Shown: positions 49,902 to 57,958 of the stretch, one piece after another
How the letters are laid out: each line of letters opens with the position of its first letter
Numbering within the stretch: the stretch's first letter is position 1
Source of the DNA: Phycisphaeraceae bacterium
GTDB taxonomy: Bacteria; Planctomycetota; Phycisphaerae; Phycisphaerales; Phycisphaeraceae
Assembly (NCBI GenBank): GCA_963674705.1
Contig: OY771506.1
Coordinates: forward strand, 2,144,001-2,208,000
Direction: 5' to 3'
DNA: 64,000 nucleotides
Position numbers and translations under genes: made by a program
The notes under the pieces: model-generated
What the model was told of the DNA's origin: nothing
The model's input: the letters and a program-made list of their open reading frames with translations, nothing else
Databases searched by the model: none

Positions 49902-51071
49902 ATGCAGATCACCATGAAGTATGGCTGTAACCCCAACCAGTCACACGCCAAGCTCATCAGTCCGCTCGAAGACGGCCCACTGACCGTGGTCAACGGCGCA
50001 CCCGGTTACATCAACGTGCTGGACGCCCTGCGCGGCTGGCAACTCGTGCGTGAACTTAAGAAGTCAACTAATCAACCCGCCGCCGCTTCGTTTAAGCATG
50101 TGAGTCCTGCCGGCGCGGCCGTGGCGGGGGACCTGACCGACGAATTCTGCAAAGCCCACTTCTACGATGGCTCCGACATGTCACCCGTCGCCACCGCTTA
50201 TGCCAAGGCGCGCAGCAGCGACCGCGTCGCCAGCTTCGGCGACTTCATAAGCGTGTCAGATACCGTCGACGTGTCGCTTGCCAAAATCATCAAGCCGGAG
50301 GTTTCGGATGGCATCGTCGCGCCGGATTACGAACCCGAAGCCTTGGAAATCATCAAAGCGAAGAAGGGCGGTAAGTATTGCGTGCTCAAGATTGATCCGA
50401 CTTACGAACCCCCAGCCATCGAAACACGCGTCGAGTTCGGCCTGACGCTCGAACAGTCCTACAACGACAGCGTCATCGACGCGGAGCTATTTAAGAACGT
50501 CGTCACGAAGAACAAGACCATCCCCGATGATGTGATGGAAACGCTCATCGTCGCAACGATCACGCTCAAGCACACGCAGAGCAACTCGATCACCGTCGGC
50601 TATCGCGGTCAGGCTGTGGGTGTCGGTGCGGGCCAGCAGTCTCGTATTGCTTGTACCCGTCTTGCCTGCGAAAAGGCCGACCGCTGGTTCCTGAAGATGC
50701 ATCCCAAGGCGCTGTCATTGAAGTACGTGGACGGGCTGCCCAAGTCGGAAAAGGTCAACGCGATGGATCAGTTCGTGCGCTATCACGAGCTTGATGAAGG
50801 CGAAAGGGCGGTGCTCGCCAAAGCCCTGGCCGCCGATCCGGACCCGATCACTGAACAGGAACGGCTGGATTGGGCGAAGCAGTTTAACGGCGTCGTGCTG
50901 AGTTCCGATGCGTTCATCCCGTTCCGCGACAACCTCGACCGTGCGGTGCGCAGCGGGGCAAAGTACCTGGCGGAAGCGGGCGGCTCGGCACGTGACCAGG
51001 ATGTGATCGATGCCGCGGACGAACACGGCATGGCGATGGCGTTCACCGGCCTGCGCCTGTTCCTGCATTGA
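49902..51071 (+). CDS. purH: AICAR transformylase (short PurH-like, no IMP cyclohydrolase domain)
   Basis: KYGCNPNQ, SFKHVSPAGAA, EVSDG, KHTQSNS, GAGQQSR, SDAFIPFRDN, GGSARD, RLFLH. Confidence 0.88.
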   Translation: MQITMKYGCNPNQSHAKLISPLEDGPLTVVNGAPGYINVLDALRGWQLVRELKKSTNQPAAASFKHVSPAGAAVAGDLTDEFCKAHFYDGSDMSPVATAYAKARSSDRVASFGDFISVSDTVDVSLAKIIKPEVSDGIVAPDYEPEALEIIKAKKGGKYCVLKIDPTYEPPAIETRVEFGLTLEQSYNDSVIDAELFKNVVTKNKTIPDDVMETLIVATITLKHTQSNSITVGYRGQAVGVGAGQQSRIACTRLACEKADRWFLKMHPKALSLKYVDGLPKSEKVNAMDQFVRYHELDEGERAVLAKALAADPDPITEQERLDWAKQFNGVVLSSDAFIPFRDNLDRAVRSGAKYLAEAGGSARDQDVIDAADEHGMAMAFTGLRLFLH

Positions 51072-51160
51072 TAAAAGTTGATTGACTAAGTCATCACGTT
51101 TAGCGGGCGATCGCAGATCCCCGTGCAGCGATGGTATATGTGCACGCCTGGTCGCGATGA

Positions 51161-51754
51161 TTATTTGTCATCGCCGCCTTCAAGCAGAAGCCGGCCGACT
51201 TCCTGAAAGAGTTTGCCTTGCGCTTTGCTGTTCAGCAGGCCGAGTTCGTGTGTGATATTGGTCATCATGCCAAGAGCAATAACGGACCAGGCGGTGAGGG
51301 TTGCGTCGGGATGATCTGCTGACCCTGCTGTTTCGCGATGGGCTTTGACCTGGCCGATGATGAAGCGGTGAAACTTGCGGTACATGCGTTTGAGCGCTTC
51401 GCGGACCTCGGGGTCATCGGCTTCGTTGAGCCCGGCAAAGGTGATGCGGTGCAAGCCGGTTTCGCCTCGGTGTTCACCTTCCCAGTTCAGGATGCGCTCG
51501 GCCGGGGAGATATCATCTTCTTCATTAAGCAGCCTGCTCCAGATCTCGGCGGTGTATTCATATAGATAATCGATCGACGCCAGGAACATCGCTTTCTTGT
51601 TAGGCCAGAGCCGGTAGAGCTGGTTCTCGCGCAAGCCGCAACGCTCTGCAAGGGCGGCGGTCGTTGCGCGTCGATAGCCTAATTCCGCAAACGCACGCGC
51701 CAGCACGGGCACCAGTTCAGCCCGCCGCTGATTGGATAGGTTCGGTCTTGCCAT
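51161..51754 (-). CDS. TetR/AcrR-family regulator
   Basis: AFAELGYRRATTAALAERCGL...LYRLWPNKKAMF; start overlaps upstream stop (TGATG). Confidence 0.9.
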   Translation of the reverse strand: MARPNLSNQRRAELVPVLARAFAELGYRRATTAALAERCGLRENQLYRLWPNKKAMFLASIDYLYEYTAEIWSRLLNEEDDISPAERILNWEGEHRGETGLHRITFAGLNEADDPEVREALKRMYRKFHRFIIGQVKAHRETAGSADHPDATLTAWSVIALGMMTNITHELGLLNSKAQGKLFQEVGRLLLEGGDDK

Positions 51755-54700
51755 CAGTCAGTCTCACTCTCCATCATGGATGTCGGCTTTTTGGCTTCTA
51801 TCTCCGATTGCTTTGGCCTGCGGAAGACATAGCGCTGGTACACATATCCAAGCACGATCAGGCTCAGGCCGAGACCCAGCAGGCTCAGCACGCGCCAGAG
51901 GTCCTGCAGCTTGAACGAATCAATCGCCACTTTGCCCACCGCAACCAGCATCACCGCCAGCGAACCATACCGCAAAGCTGTGCTGCCTGTTACCAGTCCA
52001 CCTGCCAGCAGAATAAGCGCCAGTGATACCCACGCCATGGAGTAGCCGTAGCTTTCGGCCTGAGTGATTGGGTGAGTTTTCAGCAGCAGGTCGCTGCCGA
52101 CAAATCCCTGACGCACTTCCAGGGATACGAATACAAACAGCAGCAACAGCGACACCACGGTCGCGATCGGTTTCATCGGCACTTCTTTGATGCGCGAGGT
52201 ATAACCGAGCACAGCCGCCAACACGCACGGTAAGCCATACAGATACAAAAGCCAGTTCAACACACGCAGCGAGCCGACGTCCGTCTGGTGGAACAGTGGG
52301 TTATCAACACCAAGCGGGCCGACGATTGAAGCGACGAAACCGGCTACGCCGATAGCAACGCCTGCCCACTCGAAGGGCTTCATCTTCAAACGCGATCCGA
52401 TCCATGACAGAACGATTGCTAAAGTAAGCCAGATCACGCTGTAGGTCGCCCATTCGTGCAGGCTGATGTCGTTGTTCTCGCTCCATTGCGTGTCGGGCCC
52501 GGTAAACCCGTGCCTGATCTGCAGCGAAGCCAGCACGAACAGTAAAACGAATGAAAGCGCGTAACCCACCTGCCGCAGCGGGCTGTTTTTGTCAGCGAGT
52601 CTTGCGAGCAAAAATGCCAGCAGGGCCGGGACACCGTAGATATACAATAGCCAGTTCAGCACGCGCAGCTCGCCGAGGTTTGCAGATTTGAGCATCGGGT
52701 TGTCCAACGCCAACGGCCCAAGCACCGCGGCGGCCAGCCCGGCCCAACCGATGACAGTGGCGGCTTGCCGAAGCGCTGTGATCTTCACCCATCGGCTTAG
52801 CCAGAATATGGCTAGCGACACCGCGATCCAGGCTGTGCTGTAGGTGGCCCATTCATGCAGGCCGATACCGTTGTCAAGCCGCAAGGGCATCTCGTCCTGG
52901 CCCATGAATCCGTGACGCACTTGCAGTGTCACCAGCGCGAAGAGCAAGACAAACGATACGATGCCCGCTGCTTTCTTAAACGGGCCCGATTCACTTGGCA
53001 GCAGCCACGCAAAAAGACCGGCCAACACGCACGGCAAACCATAGATATACAGAAGCCAGTTCAAGATAAGCATGCTGCCAACATCCGCCTGTTTGAGCAG
53101 CGGGTTTGAGAAGATCAGCAATTGCAGCACAGACGTGATCAGTCCAAATATCCCAATCCCGATCGCCGCCTTTCGCAGCCCATCAAGCGAAACCTGCTTG
53201 AATCGCCAAATCACCACGCTGCCTACCGCAAGCCAGAACCCGGCATAGGTCGCCCATTCCACCAGCGTCGGCGCTGCCGACCAGAGATTTTCAGGATCGA
53301 AACCAAGGCGCAACTGAAGGCTGATCGTGATCGTGGCGGTGACGAGCGCCAGCGCCTGGAACGACGATCTCACCCACAACCAGGGGTTGCGGTGATAAAT
53401 CCACGCGATCGCGGCGAAGCCCAACGCAGGCAGACCGAAGTGCGCCAGCATCGTGTTGAACACCGGCCGCATCGGCAAGTCGTAATGCAACACGCCCGGG
53501 TAGATCAGTAGGCTGATGCAACCGGCTGTCAGCCAGCATGTGGGGATCAGCAGCCAGCGGAGGTTCAGCCGCATCCCGACCGCTGCGATCACCACCGCCA
53601 ATCCGCACCACGCCGGCGCAACCCACGGGTGATCGAAAGCAAACCAGATGGCAAACGTCGCCGATGCCGAGGCCATCAAGGCATACGCGTCGATGACAAG
53701 CGTGCCGTGGCGCTGCCGCGTGCGCCAGACGATAGCTGTCGCGATGATGGCGAGCGCCGACGCGGCGGTGTACACCATCCACCATTCAAGCCAGTGAGGC
53801 AGGTCATGTCTTTGGCCAAGATGCGCAAGCAATACAAAGACAAGCGAGCTTGCTGCCGACAGCCACGCGAACATGCCGGGCTGTGCGTTCCGCCACAGGC
53901 ACAGCAATCCACCCACAAAGAACACGGATCCATACCCGATTGCCAGCAGGTAGTACTTTGATGGATCGAGCTCAGCGAATTCCGCCTTATATGCTAAGGG
54001 CCAGGCCAGCAGCATCATCCCGCATAAGCCCGCGCCCAGGTACGAAAGCGTGATATACCGCCGATCAAAGCGCGAGAGCACCAGAGCACCGGCCGCGAGC
54101 AGGCCTAACGACGAAAGCTCCAACATCGAGAAGTGGCTGTACGCCACGAACATCGCCATCAGCAGGGCGCTGGTGCCAACCGCGCCGAGTCCTAACCAGA
54201 TACGACCGACCCAGCCAATCCTGCTTTCTTCCTGATCGCTTGCCTTGGCGGCGTTGGTCACGAACACCACAGCCGTACCTAACGCGAACATGACCAGCCA
54301 CTGGCTGTGGTTTGGGTCCCATGCGAAGAGCGTGTATGCCAGCGTTGTGACGACCGACGCGAGAAGCGTCAGCGCGGATAAACCGAACCACTGTTTCTTC
54401 CGCGTGATGACCGACAGACCGACCTCGAGCAGGAGCAGGTACGTAAACGTTGGCCCCCATGCCTTGTCATCACCGCTGATCAGTGTCGGCGTTGCAAAGC
54501 CGCCGACCAGGCCCAGCAGTGCAACGAATTGCCCATGCAGCAGCGACATCCCGACCGCAATGGCTGTGATCACCGCCATCAGGGCGAAGCCTTGCCAGGG
54601 TTGTAAGACTTCAAAGAAGGCGGTCGCCGCTAACACCGTCGCGAACATGATCGCCACACCCGCCGCACAGACAGCGGCCGCCACCTTGTCGGCACGTTTG

Positions 54701-55497
54701 CGCAGCCACAGGCTCGCAAGTGTCATAATCGCCCCGGACACACCCGCGATCGACAGTCTTGCCTGCACTGATAACAGCTCGTTATCAAACGAATACTTAA
54801 CCAGAAACGCCCCGGCCAGCATGAGCGCGATCCCGCCGATCCAGATATACACGCCCGCGCCGAGGCGTTCTTCCAGCGACACTTTCTTTTGCTTGGGCCT
54901 GGGTGATATTTTGGCTGGATACCACGGTTTAGGTTGCCGGGGAGGGGGTGTTGCAGCCTTGGAAGCAGCCCCGGTGATCGATGCGCCGCTGAGGGCGCCG
55001 CCTTGCACTTCCTTTGCGACTGATGCCAGCCGATGCAACGTTTCCTTCTTACTTGCTTCGGCTGTTGTCGGTTCTATCAGGCTGTAAGTCGCCTCATCCT
55101 CGGGTTCGGTTGCTTCTGCTGCGGCGTCGAGTTTTTCAACAAGTGGTTCGCTGACTTCGGGAATCGGTTCTTCAATCGTCGCTTCAGGTGATGCAACAGG
55201 TTTTGTGACCAGCGGCTTGTGTTCTGTTGCCGGGACAGAAACCTCTTTCTGAGGTGCGGCAGGTGCTGGGGGTTCGGGTTGGATAAAAGTGGTCTCAACC
55301 GGTGCGCTGACTTGCCGATCCACCTTCGGCATGGGTCGCGGCTGAACCGGGGCCTGGGCCGGCGGTTGATTTTGCAGCCGGGAAACGATCTGTTGCAGCC
55401 GACTGATCTGCTTCTGCATCTGGCGCTGTTCGATCCAGCCGATGATCGCCAGGAGCAGTGCCACGAAACCCAGTACCAGAGCCAAACTTGCCATCAC
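51754..55497 (-). CDS. DUF2339-family large polytopic membrane protein
   Basis: LEERLG..WIGGIALMLAGAFLVKYS, LGLVGGFATP, C-terminal DLWRVLSLLGLGLSL. Confidence 0.85.
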   Translation of the reverse strand: MMASLALVLGFVALLLAIIGWIEQRQMQKQISRLQQIVSRLQNQPPAQAPVQPRPMPKVDRQVSAPVETTFIQPEPPAPAAPQKEVSVPATEHKPLVTKPVASPEATIEEPIPEVSEPLVEKLDAAAEATEPEDEATYSLIEPTTAEASKKETLHRLASVAKEVQGGALSGASITGAASKAATPPPRQPKPWYPAKISPRPKQKKVSLEERLGAGVYIWIGGIALMLAGAFLVKYSFDNELLSVQARLSIAGVSGAIMTLASLWLRKRADKVAAAVCAAGVAIMFATVLAATAFFEVLQPWQGFALMAVITAIAVGMSLLHGQFVALLGLVGGFATPTLISGDDKAWGPTFTYLLLLEVGLSVITRKKQWFGLSALTLLASVVTTLAYTLFAWDPNHSQWLVMFALGTAVVFVTNAAKASDQEESRIGWVGRIWLGLGAVGTSALLMAMFVAYSHFSMLELSSLGLLAAGALVLSRFDRRYITLSYLGAGLCGMMLLAWPLAYKAEFAELDPSKYYLLAIGYGSVFFVGGLLCLWRNAQPGMFAWLSAASSLVFVLLAHLGQRHDLPHWLEWWMVYTAASALAIIATAIVWRTRQRHGTLVIDAYALMASASATFAIWFAFDHPWVAPAWCGLAVVIAAVGMRLNLRWLLIPTCWLTAGCISLLIYPGVLHYDLPMRPVFNTMLAHFGLPALGFAAIAWIYHRNPWLWVRSSFQALALVTATITISLQLRLGFDPENLWSAAPTLVEWATYAGFWLAVGSVVIWRFKQVSLDGLRKAAIGIGIFGLITSVLQLLIFSNPLLKQADVGSMLILNWLLYIYGLPCVLAGLFAWLLPSESGPFKKAAGIVSFVLLFALVTLQVRHGFMGQDEMPLRLDNGIGLHEWATYSTAWIAVSLAIFWLSRWVKITALRQAATVIGWAGLAAAVLGPLALDNPMLKSANLGELRVLNWLLYIYGVPALLAFLLARLADKNSPLRQVGYALSFVLLFVLASLQIRHGFTGPDTQWSENNDISLHEWATYSVIWLTLAIVLSWIGSRLKMKPFEWAGVAIGVAGFVASIVGPLGVDNPLFHQTDVGSLRVLNWLLYLYGLPCVLAAVLGYTSRIKEVPMKPIATVVSLLLLFVFVSLEVRQGFVGSDLLLKTHPITQAESYGYSMAWVSLALILLAGGLVTGSTALRYGSLAVMLVAVGKVAIDSFKLQDLWRVLSLLGLGLSLIVLGYVYQRYVFRRPKQSEIEAKKPTSMMESETD

Positions 55498-55638
55498 CTA
55501 CCCCTTACGCCCGCCACGCTTTCTGTTCTATCGCTTTGCTGAGCGTTAATTCTTTAAAAACAAGTAATTACGCGCTTTAGTACTAAATGGTTGCCTGCTG
55601 CGTGAGCGCCTTTACATCGTTGTTTTGTGTCTATCGGC

Positions 55639-55670
55639 TTGCAATCGTTAAAACGTAAGTGTATACTTAC
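55639..55670 (+). promoter_or_regulatory. Sigma70 promoter overlapped by a palindromic (TetR-type) operator
   Basis: TTGCAA, 17 bp, TATACT; GTAAGTGTATACTTAC near-perfect palindrome at 55655-55670. Confidence 0.7.
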
Positions 55671-55750
55671 AAAATAAAGTTCAGATGGCCGATTGTCAAG
55701 ACCTTGTCACAATGCATCCGTAAAAAAAGCGACGCCGAAAGGGTGCTGAC

Positions 55751-56143
55751 ATGCCGAGCGTGAACCTGATCTTCGCCTGGTGCTGGATTGTGACGGGGTT
55801 GCTCGTTGGAGCGCTTCTGGGGATGGGCTTCCACAAGGAAACGTTCATGGGCGGCTACGCATCCTGGCGGCGGCGGATGATGCGCCTCGGGCATATCGCT
55901 TTTCTGGGTACCGCGATGCTGAACATGGGTTTGGCGCTTAGCGTAAGGTCGCTGGGCGTGCCGGATTCAAGTGTGTTCTGGCCGGGGCTTTTGTTGATCG
56001 TCGGTGCGGTGGCGATGCCGAGTGTGTGTTTCCTTTCAGCGTGGATCAAGCGCTTTCGTGGGCTGTTCTTTATACCGGTGTTGAGTCTGGTTGTCGGCTG
56101 TGGTTGGTTCACAGCCGTGGTTTATTGCCATCAATTCCAATAG
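55751..56143 (+). CDS. Small 4-TM hypothetical membrane protein
   Basis: Hydrophobic segments; GGYASWRRRMMRLGH loop. Confidence 0.75.
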   Translation: MPSVNLIFAWCWIVTGLLVGALLGMGFHKETFMGGYASWRRRMMRLGHIAFLGTAMLNMGLALSVRSLGVPDSSVFWPGLLLIVGAVAMPSVCFLSAWIKRFRGLFFIPVLSLVVGCGWFTAVVYCHQFQ

Positions 56144-56163
56144 CAATCGAAAGGGGGCTTACC

Positions 56164-57504
56164 ATGAGAATCGGATTGATCGCCATGAGTGGTGTGCGGG
56201 CGTGTGATGAGGAACTGTTGCGTCTGGGGCTGACGCTTCCCGGTTTCGTCGAACGCAGCAAAACAATTGCATCCTTGCCCAGCCTGGGCTTGCTGACCTT
56301 GGCCGGCATGACGCCCGAGCAACATGAGGTTGAGTATCTGGATGTGCAGGACATCGCGGATGTTCAGATGGACTGGGCGACGTTCGACCTGGTAGCTATT
56401 TCAACCTTCACAGCCCAGGCGCCGGAGGCTTATGAGCTGGCGGATCAATGCCGGGCTGCGGGCGCTCGTGTTGTGATGGGCGGGTTGCACGTCACCTGTT
56501 TGCCGGAAGAAGCACTCGAACACTGTGATGCGGTCGTGGTAGGGGAGGGCGAGTTGTGTTGGCTCGATGTATTGAAAGACGCCGAGGCCGATGGACTACA
56601 ACGCATCTATAGCGGCAGGCCCAACGAGTTTGACCTGGACGAGAGCCCCATGCCGGCGTTCCACCTGTTGGATATGGATAAATATAACCGCATCACCGTG
56701 CAGACCTCGCGAGGTTGTCCCTGGCGGTGTGAGTTCTGTGCCAGTTCGATTCTCTTGACGCCAAAGTACAAGCAGAAGCCGATCGAGAAAGTATTGGCGG
56801 AGGTTGATCGCATCCGCGAGCGCTGGGCCAGGCCGTTCATCGAGTTTGCCGATGACAACAGTTTTGTGGATAAGCGTTATTGGAAGGCGCTTCTACCCAA
56901 GCTGGCTGAACGCAGGATCAAATGGTTCACCGAGACCGATATCAGCGTCGGTGAAGATGATGAATTGCTTGTCCTCATGCGAGATGCCGGCTGCGCCGAG
57001 GTGCTGATCGGGTTAGAAAGCCCGACTGAGCAGAGCCTGCAAGGGCTTGAGCTGAAGACCGACTGGAAGAACAAGCGACGTGAAGACACTATCCGCCTGA
57101 TCCACAACATCCAGTCTCACGGCATCCGCGTTAACGGCTGCTTCATCCTCGGGCTCGACGGGCAAACCACTGATGTCTTCGACAAGGTCTATGACTTCGC
57201 TCGCGAACTAGAAATCTACGACGTGCAGATCACCTTGCAGACGCCTTTCCCCGGCACGCCGTTATATGCCAGGTTGCAGCGTGAGAACCGACTGCTCGAA
57301 GAGAATGCCTGGCATCGTTGCACCTTGTTTGATCTGACCTATCGACCCGCGCCGATGACTGCGGACGAACTGGTCCTGGGTTTCCACGACCTGGCTGTTC
57401 GGCTCTACAGCGATGAGGCGACCAGTTGGCGGCATGATATTTTCAAACGCAAGTACCGCAGGGCGACGAACGGGTCGATTGCGGGTATAAAGGAGACAGC
57501 GTAA
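56164..57504 (+). CDS. B12-binding-domain radical SAM protein
   Basis: PSLGLLTLAG, VVMGGLHVT, VVVGEGE, SRGCPWRCEFC, FADDN, IGLES, TPFPGTPLY. Confidence 0.92.
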   Translation: MRIGLIAMSGVRACDEELLRLGLTLPGFVERSKTIASLPSLGLLTLAGMTPEQHEVEYLDVQDIADVQMDWATFDLVAISTFTAQAPEAYELADQCRAAGARVVMGGLHVTCLPEEALEHCDAVVVGEGELCWLDVLKDAEADGLQRIYSGRPNEFDLDESPMPAFHLLDMDKYNRITVQTSRGCPWRCEFCASSILLTPKYKQKPIEKVLAEVDRIRERWARPFIEFADDNSFVDKRYWKALLPKLAERRIKWFTETDISVGEDDELLVLMRDAGCAEVLIGLESPTEQSLQGLELKTDWKNKRREDTIRLIHNIQSHGIRVNGCFILGLDGQTTDVFDKVYDFARELEIYDVQITLQTPFPGTPLYARLQRENRLLEENAWHRCTLFDLTYRPAPMTADELVLGFHDLAVRLYSDEATSWRHDIFKRKYRRATNGSIAGIKETA

Positions 57505-57539
57505 GACTCCAGGGGCCGGGGTTTGCAGGAGGTCTTCCC

Positions 57540-57917
57540 ATGTCACGATCTTCCCCGGCCATCAAACCCATCTTTGTCATCGCAGGACTCTATGACGGCC
57601 TGCTCGGTCTGGCGTTCCTTTTTGCTGCGCAGAAGATCTACGAGCGTTTTGACGTTACCCCACCGAACCACTTCGGCTACATCCACTTTGCCGCGTTGCT
57701 GTTGATCGTCTTTGCGCTGATGTTCTTCGCGGTTGCGTTGGACCCGAAGCGCAACCGCAATCTCATCCCGTACGGGATACTGCTCAAGGTCAGTTACTGC
57801 CTGACCGTCGGCTGGCACTGGCTGGACGCCGGCGTGCCGAACATGTGGAAGCCTTTTTTCGTACTTGATCTTGCTTTTATTGTTATCTTCATCTGGGCGT
57901 ACAGGAAGATCAGGTAG
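57540..57917 (+). CDS. Small 4-TM hypothetical membrane protein
   Basis: AGLYDGLLG...DPKRNRNLIPYGILLK; AGGAGG SD. Confidence 0.75.
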   Translation: MSRSSPAIKPIFVIAGLYDGLLGLAFLFAAQKIYERFDVTPPNHFGYIHFAALLLIVFALMFFAVALDPKRNRNLIPYGILLKVSYCLTVGWHWLDAGVPNMWKPFFVLDLAFIVIFIWAYRKIR

Positions 57918-57958
57918 CGGGACGGACGAGGTTATTGCAGTAACTTGCTTGGGATGTT

